Source: Candidatus Latescibacterota bacterium (lineage in GTDB: Bacteria > Latescibacterota > UBA2968 > UBA8231). From it: a stretch of 64,000 nucleotides of DNA. The notes beneath the pieces are model-generated. The model had not been told where the DNA came from and did not search any database. It saw nothing but the letters and a program-made list of their open reading frames with translations. Below, in pieces: positions 10,617 through 21,181 of this stretch. Both the position numbers and the translations under genes were made by a program. Positions within the stretch are counted from its first letter, which is position 1. Every line of letters begins with the position of its first letter. The stretch spans positions 5,792,001 through 5,856,000 of the forward strand of contig OZ253462.1 in assembly GCA_965261395.1 (NCBI GenBank), given 5' to 3'.

Positions 10617-11858
10617 GTGCAAACTTACGACCTAATCATCGTCGGCGGCGGTCCGGCCGGTGCCACAGCCGCGCTGTATGCGCAGCGCCACGGGCTGGCG
10701 GCTCTGCTGCTGGACAAGCAGTGCTTCCCCCGCGACAAGATCTGCGGCGACGCCCTCTCTGGCAAGACGGTGGCCATCCTCCACGAGCTGGGGCTTTTTG
10801 AGGAGGTGCGCAACCTGCCTGGGGCGGCCGTTGCCCGCATTGTCTTCGGCAGCCCAGACGCAACCGCCGCGTCCATTGACCTGAGCCGCTACGATCTGCA
10901 CAACGCCCTGACCGGCCGGGTGCTGCCGATGGAGGGATTTGTCATCCGCCGCGAGGTTTTCGACGACTTTCTCTTTGCCAAGGCGCGGGCCGCAGCCGCC
11001 CACACCCTAGAGGGTTTTGCCGTGCGCGAGCTTCTGAGAGACGGCGAGCAGGTCTGCGGGGTGCGGGGGCGTACAGCCGATGGCACGCGCTTGGAATTTC
11101 GCGCGCCCTTGGTGTTGGGATGCGATGGCTTCAATTCGATCGTCGCCCGCAAGAGCGGGTTGTACCGCCATGAGAGCCGCGATTGGATGGTGGCCCTGCG
11201 GCAGTACTTCGAGGGCGTGGCGGACCTGAGCGATCAGATCGAACTGCACTTCATAGACGAGGTGCGGCCCGGATATTTTTGGATTTTCCCCCTAGAGGGC
11301 AACCGCGCCAATGTCGGCATCGGCATGGATCACCGAGACATTAAGGCGCGCGGCATTGACCTCAAGGACGCGCTTGCAGCCGCGGTGGCGAGTGCGACCT
11401 TTGGCGCGCGCTTCCGCGACGCCCGTCCCCTCGAAGCCCCAGTCGGCTGGAATTTGCCGGTTGGCTCGCGGCGGCGACCGGCGCACGGCAACGGCTTTCT
11501 GCTGTTGGGCGACGCAGCCGGCCTGATCGACCCGTTTACGGGTGAGGGCATTGGCAATGCCCTGTACTCGGCTCGCTTTGCCGTGGAGACCGCAGTTCAA
11601 GCCCGGGAGGCTGGAGATTATTCGGCTGGCTTTTTGCGCTGCTACGAGGATCGGCTGTGGGATGCGCTGGGCAGCGAGCTGAAGCTGAGCACCAAGCTGC
11701 ACAATTTGGGCCGCTGGCCCTACCTGATGAACTTAGTCATTCGCAAGGCCGCCAAAAATGCCGCGGTCAGCAACCTGATCTGCGGCATGATGGCCGACGC
11801 CGTGCCGCGCAAGATGCTGACTAACCCGCTGTTTTACCTCCGGCTGCTATGGAAGTAG
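10617..11858 (+). CDS. Geranylgeranyl reductase-family FAD oxidoreductase
   Basis: GGGPAG, FPRDKICGD, GYFWIFP, GDAAG.IDPFTGEGI. Confidence 0.88.
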   Translation: MQTYDLIIVGGGPAGATAALYAQRHGLAALLLDKQCFPRDKICGDALSGKTVAILHELGLFEEVRNLPGAAVARIVFGSPDATAASIDLSRYDLHNALTGRVLPMEGFVIRREVFDDFLFAKARAAAAHTLEGFAVRELLRDGEQVCGVRGRTADGTRLEFRAPLVLGCDGFNSIVARKSGLYRHESRDWMVALRQYFEGVADLSDQIELHFIDEVRPGYFWIFPLEGNRANVGIGMDHRDIKARGIDLKDALAAAVASATFGARFRDARPLEAPVGWNLPVGSRRRPAHGNGFLLLGDAAGLIDPFTGEGIGNALYSARFAVETAVQAREAGDYSAGFLRCYEDRLWDALGSELKLSTKLHNLGRWPYLMNLVIRKAAKNAAVSNLICGMMADAVPRKMLTNPLFYLRLLWK

Positions 11859-11863
11859 GCGGG

Positions 11864-12008
11864 CTAGATCGTCGTCGCCAAACCTCCCCGTCAACGCGGA
11901 TATCTGTGCCGGTGAATCTGGCCGCTCGTTGCGATTGCGACTGTGCATCAAGAGACGTACCTTCGTTTCGCATAAATAGCATCTAGCGGCCGTTACCCGG
12001 ACTAATTG
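11864..12008 (+). repeat. Module copy A: SDR 3'-end copy + promoter + truncated attI-like site
   Basis: 11864-11915 matches 26431-26483; remainder matches 14427-14520 and 24247-24337. Confidence 0.9.
11935..11963 (+). promoter_or_regulatory. Putative cassette promoter (Pc-like), copy A
   Basis: TTGCGA-17 bp-TACCTT; hexamers invariant in all three copies while the spacer varies. Confidence 0.6.
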
Positions 12009-12035
12009 AATCAGGAATGCAGAGGATAATGTGAT

Positions 12036-12650
12036 ATGTCGCTGGGAAAGGTCACTTGTTTTATAACGCGTAGCTTGGACGGTCGAAAGCACTTTCTCCT
12101 ACTAAAGCACCCCTACGCCGGCAATCAAATACCTGCCGGGACGGTGGAAAAGGGAGAATCCTTTGTCGCCGCGGCACTCCGGGAGGCCCGCGAAGAAACG
12201 GGTCTAGCCGCATTGAATGTTGTCGCGGAACTTTTGTCGGAACGGGAGAAGCTACCTCCCAACACAGCCGTCATCCAGAAGACTTCCACTGTATACTCTC
12301 GTCCAGACACTGGCAGTTTCGATTGGGTCACGATTCGAAGAGGTATTCGCGTTGACACCCGGGAAACTGAAAACGGTTTCGTGCAAATCAATTATGCAGA
12401 AAAAGAGTCGCTCGGTTCGGATAGGATCTCGTTTCAAATAACTGGCTGGATACCACAAGATGCTCTGACGACCGCTGTTGAGCGTAAGCACTATCACTTA
12501 AGTTGCGCAGTAAGTGATGAGCTTGAGTGGGAAGTCTTTTCTGATCACCACAAGTTTGTCCTAATGTGGCATCCGTTGACCGAAGATCCCAAATTGCAGG
12601 AACCATTTGGGGAGTGGTTCGGCTCCATCAAGGAGCATCTCGTTGATTAG
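12036..12650 (+). CDS. NUDIX hydrolase (cassette gene)
   Basis: Nudix box GTVEKGESFVAAALREAREETG. Confidence 0.85.
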   Translation: MSLGKVTCFITRSLDGRKHFLLLKHPYAGNQIPAGTVEKGESFVAAALREAREETGLAALNVVAELLSEREKLPPNTAVIQKTSTVYSRPDTGSFDWVTIRRGIRVDTRETENGFVQINYAEKESLGSDRISFQITGWIPQDALTTAVERKHYHLSCAVSDELEWEVFSDHHKFVLMWHPLTEDPKLQEPFGEWFGSIKEHLVD

Positions 12651-12667
12651 CTAGACAGATCAACTTC

Positions 12668-12750
12668 AGCTAACACGGCACCCCCGGCTCGGGCCTGACG
12701 ACCCTCGACCCAACCTGCTTTGCAGGTTCGTGGATCGACAGCCGTTAGAA
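12668..12750 (+). other. Divergent attC-like site
   Basis: AGCTAAC...GTTAGAA ends just after the NUDIX stop, with internal hairpin (aacctgc/gcaggtt). Confidence 0.55.
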
Positions 12751-12815
12751 GAAATGGGGGAAAAGCATCAGCGTATAAGCAACATATCACCGCAATGAAG
12801 TAGAAGGAGTCTTCC

Positions 12816-13924
12816 ATGAATAGCAAGACTAGTATCGTAGATGAGTTTTTGCTTAAAGGGCTTATTGGTATGAGCCGAGCAACCAGTAAGAATCGTATGT
12901 CCGGCCATCCAGCGGCTGCGATGCTGGCTGCATATTTTTTTTGTGCTGAGAATGCCCTCTCAACCGAAGTTCAGGTCAAAGTCTATGATCTCGTGAAACG
13001 CATGGTCAACTCAGAGTCGATGTGGTTCAGCCGGGATGGGGAATCTTCAACCAATGAGATTCTTTTTTCGACCGAACTAGATCAGAGACCAAACGCGGAT
13101 CTAATACCATCTGTTGCCGCTGCACTTGAGCCAAGTATCACCGAATGTCGGGATTCAGGACACAATACTATCTTCGCGTCCTTAGAAGCCGTCTGAAAAC
13201 CCCCTGTCGGGCTGTTTTTCGGGTGGTCAAGCGATCTAGGCGTCGAGCGTTTTTCATAGGGCGAGACGCCCTCGATCCCAGCGGCTTGGAGTCAAAGCAG
13301 AGATCGAAACCCTAGTTTTCAGACGGCTTCTTAGCTCTAAAGGCACTACATGCTGCACCACAGTATGCATTTCCTGCGATTATAGAAGGTATCAATGACT
13401 TGCTCAAAGCTTTTGAGGGACAGGGACCGGGATGGGCACCTGTACCAGGTAATGAGAAATTAGCAGACCCTCGTGAGTTGTCAGTGGCTCAAGAACTGGT
13501 CGATCATCCCTATGAGAGCTATGTCGATATGATCGATGCGATATCCCGCTATGTCGTACCAGACAACTTCACCAAAAGAGGCGTTGGTGGACCGATCCAT
13601 GTCATAGATCATGCCGTAGCTCTATTGGATCTGCAGACATTGGGGTATACTTCATTGGCGCATAAAGGGATGGCAGCTCATCAGCAACATATTGAGTTGT
13701 GGTTGAGCCTTCCGAAATTTCCGCAAGCTGAAAACAGTTACTCCGTGAAATCGGAGCACGATCCTCGCACAGCGGACTACTGGCGTGAGGAAATAACCAT
13801 AAAAGATGGCGGTGGCGATGAACATCGGTTGAAGATTCTCTATGGCGCTCATCGTTTTGCAGATTGCATTACAGACGTAAACAAACGTCGTAGTTTTCTT
13901 GAAAGTGCGGCATACCTGTTTTGA
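12816..13924 (+). pseudogene. Hypothetical ~320-aa cassette protein interrupted by a MITE
   Basis: Removing 13185-13330 plus one TTA restores a continuous frame (HNTIFASL-ALKALHAAPQ...LLKAF). Confidence 0.85.
13185..13330. mobile_element. 146-bp MITE with IS5-type ends
   Basis: Perfect 16-bp TIR GAAGCCGTCTGAAAAC/GTTTTCAGACGGCTTC; TTA target duplication. Confidence 0.92.
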
Positions 13925-13969
13925 AAATGTGCCTAACTTGCGTGGGCGACAGACCTGATTGATTCAGGA

Positions 13970-14305
13970 GTGCTGGATGGTCAGATCCCCAAAGGCGGCA
14001 CTAGAAATGTCCTGCGGGATGAACTGGCAAGCATACGAGCCGACCTGCCACCAGAAGACGTGGTGTTCACCCACGGGGATTATTGCCTTCCCAACGTCAT
14101 GATCCTCAAAGGCCACCTGAGTGGCTACATTGATTGGGGCTATGCAGGAATAGGAGATCGATATCTCGACTTTGTCGCCGCGTACAACACCATTCGCAGA
14201 AATCTGGGCGGAGAGTGGGTTCCCTTGTTTTTCCGGGAGTATGGGCAAGAATTGGATCAGGCCAAGTTGAGCGTGTATCAAAGGATCCATGACCTCGTAG
14301 ACTAA
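13970..14305 (+). pseudogene. Aminoglycoside 3'-phosphotransferase (APH)-like C-terminal fragment
   Basis: THGDYCLPNV and YIDWG..G.GDRY.D motifs; N-terminal lobe missing. Confidence 0.75.
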
Positions 14306-14311
14306 GAGGGA

Positions 14312-14541
14312 TTGAGACAAATCGCAAATTGTGACATTTTTTTTCACTGTAAAGCGTGGCGTCTCGCCGCCCTTTAGATCGTCGTCGCCAAAACCCCCCC
14401 GTCAACGCGGATGTCCGTGCCGGTGACATCTGGCCGCTCGTTGCGATTGCGACTATGCACCAAGAGACATACCTTCGTTTCGCATAAATAGCATCTAGCG
14501 GCTTGTACCCGAACTAATTGTTCGGGTACAAGCAGTTACAC
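14312..14541 (+). repeat. Module copy B: SDR-downstream flank + SDR 3'-end copy + promoter + attI-like site
   Basis: 14312-14426 matches 26367-26483; palindrome ACCCGAAC-TAATT-GTTCGGGT followed by GTTACAC core at 14535. Confidence 0.9.
14447..14475 (+). promoter_or_regulatory. Putative cassette promoter (Pc-like), copy B
   Basis: TTGCGA-17 bp-TACCTT. Confidence 0.6.
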
Positions 14542-14601
14542 GAAAGCGGCGTGCCGGGTTTGCACCATTCTTAGATCCCGTGCCCCAACGGGACTGATAC
14601 C

Positions 14602-15366
14602 ATGGGAATCAATGAGGTGGCAGATTCTGAATATGACAAGATAGGTGATTTCTATCTCAACTGGCTGGATAGGAATGTTCCGGATAGGAATAGGCGTATC
14701 CAGCCCTCGGTAGAAATCATGCTGACTATGCTGGGCGATGTCCAAGGGATCAGTATATGTGACTTGGGATGCGGTGAAGGGTATCTGTCTCGCATCCTAG
14801 CGAGCCGAGGTGCTCTCGTTACGGGTGTTGATATTTCACAGATGCTGCTGCGGCATGCAAAGGAGCATTCTGATGACCACGGCATCACCTATGTCCTGGA
14901 CGATGCACAATCGCTGAATCAGGTGTCCGACGCCAGCATGGATGCCGTTATTTGCAACATGGCACTCATGGATATCCCTGACCTAACGGCAACATTGTTT
15001 AATGTCCGTCGGGTACTTGTCGACAATGGCAAGTTCATCTTCACAATTCTTCATCCGTGCTTTTTCACTCCGTTCAATGCAGAGAATCCACCGGAGGAGT
15101 TTGACGAAGAGGGAAATTTCAAGGCATTGCGTGTTTCAAGGTATGGCCTTGAAGGCAAATGGTACTCCGATGGAATCGGGATGTGTGGCACGCTTGGTAG
15201 CCACCACCGAACGCTTTCAACGTACTTCAATACCTTGACCAGAAGTGGATTCCAACTTGTCGAGATCTCTGAACCGCTTGATTCTGTAGCAGACGCGGTG
15301 GAGAGGCGTCGAGAAAGCATAGTGCCGACACTCTTGATTGCCAAGGCAATCGCCCTGCCATCATAG
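14602..15366 (+). CDS. Class I SAM-dependent methyltransferase (cassette gene)
   Basis: DLGCGEG motif I, HPCF, HRTLSTY. Confidence 0.88.
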   Translation: MGINEVADSEYDKIGDFYLNWLDRNVPDRNRRIQPSVEIMLTMLGDVQGISICDLGCGEGYLSRILASRGALVTGVDISQMLLRHAKEHSDDHGITYVLDDAQSLNQVSDASMDAVICNMALMDIPDLTATLFNVRRVLVDNGKFIFTILHPCFFTPFNAENPPEEFDEEGNFKALRVSRYGLEGKWYSDGIGMCGTLGSHHRTLSTYFNTLTRSGFQLVEISEPLDSVADAVERRRESIVPTLLIAKAIALPS

Positions 15367-15406
15367 GCGTTTTCGTGTATATTTCGGGCGTTGCAGAGCC
15401 GCAATT

Positions 15407-15495
15407 GTGTAACAGCACGGTTTGCGCTGCGGCGCTGACGCGCCTTGGCCTTCGGCAACCTGCTGCACGGGTCCGCAAGCCGTAAAACGTTATGT
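15407..15495 (+). other. attC site
   Basis: GTGTAAC...GTTATGT; the R'' box is the exact complement of the cassette-start core GTTACAC (14535). Confidence 0.85.
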
Positions 15496-15532
15496 GCAAT
15501 TGCAGTCCCGGAGCGCTGCCTAAACCCAAATC

Positions 15533-16317
15533 ATGGGAACTCTAATGCCCCGCCCTGATCTCAAAACTACTTTCAATACCATTGCCTTGCTCTACGACGA
15601 AGTGAGGCCCGGATACCCTGATGAGCTTGTCAGGGATGTTTTGGACCTCTCCGGAATGGATAGAAGCGGAAAAATCCTGGAAGTCGGATGTGGAACCGGA
15701 CAGGCTTCGAGATTATTTGCCACCCTCGGTTGCGAAATGACCTGTTTGGATATTGGCCAAGATTTGATCGAGGTTGCGAAGGCGCGACTCAACAATTACA
15801 AGAACGTTCGCTTCGTCCTGTGCCCTTTCGAAGATTGGGACTCGGCTAGCAAGTTTGACCTTGTAATCTCCGCGACTGCATTTCGCTGGGTGGTCCAAGA
15901 GTCAGATTCATTAGAGCCCGTGACACCCTGAAGGCTAGGGGATCATTGGCCATCTTCTCCAACTAGCACGTAAGAAGAGACGAAGGTTTCTTTGCGGAAG
16001 TCCAGGAAGTTTATAGCAAGCATTATGTAGTTTCAGATTCCCCTCGGGATCCCAGTACTCCGACGACATCAGAGTCCCCAGAACCCGGAACTACCGCTTT
16101 TGCCGATCCTATCCACCGAGTGTACGCGTGGACAGCGAACTATTCTGCGGAACAGTACATCAAACTCATTGGCACCTATTCTGACCACATCGCGCTGCCC
16201 GAATTCAATCGCACGCACCTATTTGACGGTATAGCTGACCTGATAAACAAGAACTACGGAGGATCGATCACCAAGCACTACGAAACTGCTTTAGCATTTC
16301 GCAGGAAGAAAGCCTGA
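15533..16317 (+). pseudogene. Class I SAM methyltransferase, frameshifted and with an internal stop
   Basis: LEVGCGTGQ in 15533-15931; C-terminal YSDH...LFDGI part in another frame. Confidence 0.8.
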
Positions 16318-16392
16318 TTGAAGTTTAGAGCGAACCCAAGAGTTCTTCGCCAAGCGCGCAGCCAGATGGGAGTATTTCGGGAGTTGATTTGA

Positions 16393-17373
16393 GTGGATAA
16401 GCGATCTCTGCAAACTCTGTCAAAAGACGAAAGAACAGCAGCATTGCACGAGCTGGCCGAAGCCAGTCTTGCTGACTTCGATTTGACGGGAGGCTCACTC
16501 ATGTTGCTGCAGGACTTAGTGAATAGCTCATTCCGGGTTCAACATGACAGTGGACAGTGGTATCTGCGTATTTACAATCCCGACAGGCATAATACATCAG
16601 CTATCGAGTCTGAACTCTTGTTCTTGGAAGCTCTCACCAAAGGTGGCTTTCCAGCGCCTCGGCCGTTGCGTAAGCGCAGTGATGGGATGCTTTGGGTGGC
16701 GTCACAGAGCCCGGTTGTGGACGCAATCCGAATATCAGTATGCTCTTGGCTCCCGGGTGAGATATTGCAGCATGACAAGACACCACGGCACTATGCCAAC
16801 TTAGGAACCGCGTTAGCAGGACTCCACGAGTTCTCCGCCAAATGGAATCCATCCGAGGGGTTCGTACGTCCCCGTTGCGATAGTGAAGGTGTATACGGCA
16901 ATCACGGTGCTTCAGGATCGAAAGTCATGCGAGGCTGGGACAACATTGACAGTCCTCTTCGCTCGGATCTCGAAGATGCGAAGAGAGCACTTGAACAGGC
17001 CGAGAACGCTATTGGAACAGATTGTGGTCGCTACGGTTTGATCCACGCTGATCCAAGTTTCGGCAACGTCCTGTTTGATGGCGAAATACCATACCTGATC
17101 GATTTCGATGATTTCGGGTACGGCCACTATGTCTTCGATCTCGCAGTTGTTCTTGCTGGCGCCTGGGGCAAGCCTGATTTCGCAGAGAATCGCGCGGCTT
17201 TGTTCGAAGGATACGGGCAAATACGAGAACTGTCGCAGGCAGAAATGGGGGCATTGCCCGCAGCCATGGCAGCGCGAGTGGCATCGCTCATTTTCTGGGC
17301 TGCGGCTCAGGCATCACAGCATCCATGGATTGAAGGGCAGTGGCAACGCCTCAAGGAATACATGGAATCGTGA
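16393..17373 (+). CDS. APH/homoserine kinase type II-family phosphotransferase
   Basis: LIHADPSFGNV and IDFDDFG motifs. Confidence 0.85.
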   Translation: MDKRSLQTLSKDERTAALHELAEASLADFDLTGGSLMLLQDLVNSSFRVQHDSGQWYLRIYNPDRHNTSAIESELLFLEALTKGGFPAPRPLRKRSDGMLWVASQSPVVDAIRISVCSWLPGEILQHDKTPRHYANLGTALAGLHEFSAKWNPSEGFVRPRCDSEGVYGNHGASGSKVMRGWDNIDSPLRSDLEDAKRALEQAENAIGTDCGRYGLIHADPSFGNVLFDGEIPYLIDFDDFGYGHYVFDLAVVLAGAWGKPDFAENRAALFEGYGQIRELSQAEMGALPAAMAARVASLIFWAAAQASQHPWIEGQWQRLKEYMES

Positions 17374-17492
17374 TGGAAGAAAGGCACTAAAAGCCAGACG
17401 CACTCGTCGGGCTTACGGCCGAGCGCGATCTGCAGCCTTAGGAGCCGGTGGAGCGGCACTTCCAGCCCGAAGTAGAGGTAGAAATCCACATC

Positions 17493-17578
17493 GCTTAACA
17501 CCGTGTTTTCGCTGCTCCGCCTACGGCGGCTTGGCCTTGGCAATCCCTTCGGGGTTCGCAAACCCTGAAACGTTACAG
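17493..17578 (+). other. attC site
   Basis: GCTTAAC...GTTACAG; shares the cttggcc.t.ggcaa core with the other attC copies. Confidence 0.8.
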
Positions 17579-17601
17579 GAACATGAAACCATAAAGCACA
17601 G

Positions 17602-18864
17602 ATGCTTATTAGGAACGGAAACGGTCATAAGGAAGGGCGGCAACGGGGTATTTATAGATATATAGTTTCAATAATATCTATTTTGTGCTTCACCAGCGGC
17701 GTTATGGCCGATGCTCCCAAGATTGGCTTTTGGGAAAAGCAGCGTAAGGGAGCTAATCAGCAAAACGAGCGACATCGTCCTGAGTGGTACAGGGCGGCAG
17801 GTGAACTGGGATTGGATTATGTGCGGATTTTACCCGATGCATGGCCCGCCGATAATAGAGACTTCCTAATCGGCAACGCAGATAATTTCGAAGCAATCAA
17901 TGAGACCGATCTAGCCCTGTTGATAGAAGCACTCAATGAAGCCGAGAGCAATGGTATCAAAGTTGTCCTTGCGATGGCCAGCTTGCCCGGTGGACGCTGG
18001 AAGCAGCTGAATGAGAACCAAGATGATGGCCGGCTCTGGCGTGACGAAAGCTACCATAAGCAAGCCTTCAATTTCTGGCGTCAGTTAGCAATGCGTTTGG
18101 AAAAGCATCCTGCAATCGTAGCTTACAACCCTCTCAATGAACCACATCCAGAGAAGGTATTCGGTTTTGCAGAACCGGACGAGAATTTCAGCCAATGGTT
18201 TCAGGGCATCCAGAATACGCCAGCTGACCTCAACCGATTTAACCAGCGGATGGTCGAATCCATCCGTTCAGTAGACGCAGATACGCCCATCATGCTCGAT
18301 GGCTGGTTCTATGCCGCTCCTCAAGCGTTCGACTTCAATCGCCCTGTAGATGATGACAAAGTGTTGTACGCTTTTCACAACCCCGGTCCGTGGCAGATGG
18401 TGACTTATCGAGCCAATAAGGACCGGTACGCCTATCCAGACCGAGTTCCGAAGTGGTGGAACGGTCCTGTAGAGTCGTGGACTATCGATCGTCTTGCGGA
18501 GGAGATCAACGCGGTGCAGCGGTTTTCTGAGCGATATGAGATACCTTCTCACCGAATCATAGCTTCAGAATTCTGGTACGACCGCCGGCTCGAAGGCGCT
18601 GCGGCCTACCTGAGCGACCTAATAGAAATCTATAACAGCCAAGGTTGGCATTGGTCGTTTTACGCCTTTCGCGGTGATGGATCATGGTCGGGGTTAGATT
18701 ATGAAATCGCATCGAGTCACAAGATGGGTTGGCATTATTGGCAAGCTGTCGAACAGGGCAAAGATCCCGAGCAATTCAAGCCACGAGGAATGAACCCCTT
18801 GTGGAAAATACTACAACGCCAGTTTCGCAAAAACAGTAAGAGTCATGACTTCATTCCCCCGTGA
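17602..18864 (+). CDS. Glycoside hydrolase family 5 (cellulase-like), signal peptide likely
   Basis: YNPLNEP acid/base motif, IIASEF nucleophile, WHWSFY. Confidence 0.8.
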   Translation: MLIRNGNGHKEGRQRGIYRYIVSIISILCFTSGVMADAPKIGFWEKQRKGANQQNERHRPEWYRAAGELGLDYVRILPDAWPADNRDFLIGNADNFEAINETDLALLIEALNEAESNGIKVVLAMASLPGGRWKQLNENQDDGRLWRDESYHKQAFNFWRQLAMRLEKHPAIVAYNPLNEPHPEKVFGFAEPDENFSQWFQGIQNTPADLNRFNQRMVESIRSVDADTPIMLDGWFYAAPQAFDFNRPVDDDKVLYAFHNPGPWQMVTYRANKDRYAYPDRVPKWWNGPVESWTIDRLAEEINAVQRFSERYEIPSHRIIASEFWYDRRLEGAAAYLSDLIEIYNSQGWHWSFYAFRGDGSWSGLDYEIASSHKMGWHYWQAVEQGKDPEQFKPRGMNPLWKILQRQFRKNSKSHDFIPP

Positions 18865-18883
18865 TCGAGAATCTACGTCACCG

Positions 18884-19682
18884 ATGGTGACGACTGAGGA
18901 AGCTTCAGACATTCTCTGGAAGCACTGGGGTGTCGCAGCCATTCAAGTAGAAACGCCCACTTCCAGGAACGTCCATTTTGTGCGCAGCGCGCAAGGAAAT
19001 TCTGTTCTTCGGACCAATCCGGGGAGGGATCTATCCGAAGAAGGCGGGCAAGGTTCTTGCGAGCATTCATAATGCTGCCGGATTATTTCAGGAACAGCCA
19101 GTGCGCGAGCAATCTGTCCGTCGCTGGGCGCAAGATCGACTTTCCAGCGCGCTCGGTCGGCTTGATACGGAAATCGCACAGCCAGTGCACGAATTGGCGC
19201 AACTGCTGGAAAGCAGCCATGCAACGGCTCTTGACGCAAGCGTCCCTTGGATCCTTTGCCATTGGGATGTTCGTGCAGCTAATGTGGTCGGGGCCGGCAC
19301 TGGCAGCATCGCGTTCACGGATTTCAGCAGCGGGGAGTTTTCTCCAGCTTTGGTGGATCTTGTCATGACGCGTCACCAGTGGTTAATGGGGGATCTTATG
19401 GGTAAAGCTAGACCGCTGAATGTTGCGGAAGCGAGGGAGATATTGCTTGGCTATCACGAGGGGAGAGCTCTATCTCAGTCGGAAATAAGAGCGTTTCCGG
19501 TGGTTTGGGCAGCCTACTATGCAGATAGACTCAGCTTCCTCTACCGAAAGTGGGGTTCTAAAGTCACAGATCCTCCATTCTCGACTTTTGATATCCACGG
19601 TGAGTTGACGCGCCTACCACACCGAGGAATCGAGATGGGAGACGAATTGCTGGAGAGTGCCGGGATCTCCCACAGCCTATAA
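18884..19682 (+). pseudogene. Phosphotransferase (APH-like), frameshifted/partly deleted
   Basis: N-terminus MVTTEEASDIL in one frame; CHWDVRAANV and TDF motifs in another. Confidence 0.65.
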
Positions 19683-19770
19683 CACCGTGTTTGCACTGTG
19701 GCGCTTCGCGCCTTGGCCTCCGGCAACCCCTCGACAAGCTTGGGGTTCGGGCACGGCGAGAACGTTATCC
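19677..19770 (+). other. attC site
   Basis: CTATAAC...GTTATCC overlapping the stop codon; R'' is a 6/7 complement of GTTACAG (17572). Confidence 0.85.
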
Positions 19771-19813
19771 GCAATGGAAAAAACCAACTCATAAAAGCCT
19801 CTGAGGGAATGCC

Positions 19814-20686
19814 TTGATCGACATGAATGGCCCTGCATACGATAGTGGGGCCCCCAACGAAGTGCTGAATGCCGCCAGCAAACACCATCTGTGGACGGGC
19901 AAGGGAGGTCTGTCGGTCAAGTCATTCTCAAATGGCACGGCAAAGTATGAGATCGACAACCACGCGATCGAAGTCGATGAGCATTCATATCTGATTCTGA
20001 ATTACGGACAGGAATACACGGTATCTATCGACTCTCCTTCGATTGTTGGGTCATTTTGTGTCTTCTTCAGGGATGGATTTGCTGAGGAGGTCTACGCATC
20101 CATCAATTCTAGAGCTATCAAGCTTCTTGATGATCCAGCACGTCAGTCGCGCCGGTTGGAATTCTTCCAGACCACTCGCCCGCAGGATCGCGTTCTGACT
20201 CCGACTCTGAGCCGGTTCAGATCAGAGTACTCACTGCGAAGTGAAGAGCTTGGATGGGTCGAGGAGCAGATGCACGCGGTGATGGTTGGACTTCTGAGTG
20301 CACATCATCAGGTTTTGAAGGAAGTAGAGACAGTTGAGGCCGTTCGTGCGGCGACGCGAAAGGAGCTTTACCGTCGCATCCACATGGCTCGCGACTATAT
20401 CTGTTCCTCCCTCTCGGAGCCGATCTCCCTCGATGCGATGGCTAAGGTGGCGTGTCTCTCCTCGAATCACTTCCTGCGGACATTTCGCCAGATAGTCGGT
20501 CAGAGCCCACACCAGTATCTTGTTATGAAGCGACTGGAGCGAGCCGCCAGGCTATTGGAGACTACAGATCGGACTGTGACAGAGATTGCCCTAGAAATCG
20601 GATTCGCAAGCCTTGGTTCATTCAGTTGGCTTTTTCGGCGGCACTATGGTCTCTCGCCGAGACAATTCCGCAGAACAAAAAGGTGA
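19814..20686 (+). CDS. AraC-family transcriptional regulator
   Basis: C-terminal double HTH: ACLSSNHFLRTF...GFASLGSFSWLF. Confidence 0.9.
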   Translation: MIDMNGPAYDSGAPNEVLNAASKHHLWTGKGGLSVKSFSNGTAKYEIDNHAIEVDEHSYLILNYGQEYTVSIDSPSIVGSFCVFFRDGFAEEVYASINSRAIKLLDDPARQSRRLEFFQTTRPQDRVLTPTLSRFRSEYSLRSEELGWVEEQMHAVMVGLLSAHHQVLKEVETVEAVRAATRKELYRRIHMARDYICSSLSEPISLDAMAKVACLSSNHFLRTFRQIVGQSPHQYLVMKRLERAARLLETTDRTVTEIALEIGFASLGSFSWLFRRHYGLSPRQFRRTKR

Positions 20687-20770
20687 TTTCAGAGAAGTCT
20701 GCGGCCGAGGAATTCTGTAGTTTAGGTTCGGTAGGAGCAGCTATTGAACCCACACCACAGGAGGTCCAGA

Positions 20771-21163
20771 ATGACGCAGCATAGTGGATTCGGTCTATCG
20801 ACCATAGGGCAAATATCTGTCACCGTGAAGGAACTCGACAGGGCAGTTATCTTCTACCGAGATCAACTGGGAATGCAGTTCCTGTTTCGGGTGCCGAACA
20901 TGGCGTTCTTTGATTGCTCAGGCGTACGCCTCATGTTGAGTATCCCGGAGGGGCAGTCTGACGATATCCATTCCTCTGTTCTGTATTACAGAGTTGACGA
21001 CATCCATGACGCCTACCGGGTTTTGAAGGGTAGGAACGTGCCGTTCGATGGAGGGCCTCACAAGATTGCTGATCTTCAAGACCACGAGTTGTGGATGGCG
21101 TTCTTTCGAGATAGCGAGATGAACATCCTTGCACTCATGGCTGAGAGGCCCCACGACGAATAG
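20771..21163 (+). CDS. VOC/glyoxalase-family protein
   Basis: IGQISVTV...FYRDQLG...WMAFFRDSE.N.LALM. Confidence 0.88.
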   Translation: MTQHSGFGLSTIGQISVTVKELDRAVIFYRDQLGMQFLFRVPNMAFFDCSGVRLMLSIPEGQSDDIHSSVLYYRVDDIHDAYRVLKGRNVPFDGGPHKIADLQDHELWMAFFRDSEMNILALMAERPHDE

Positions 21164-21181
21164 CCTCAGATGAGGTGCTGA

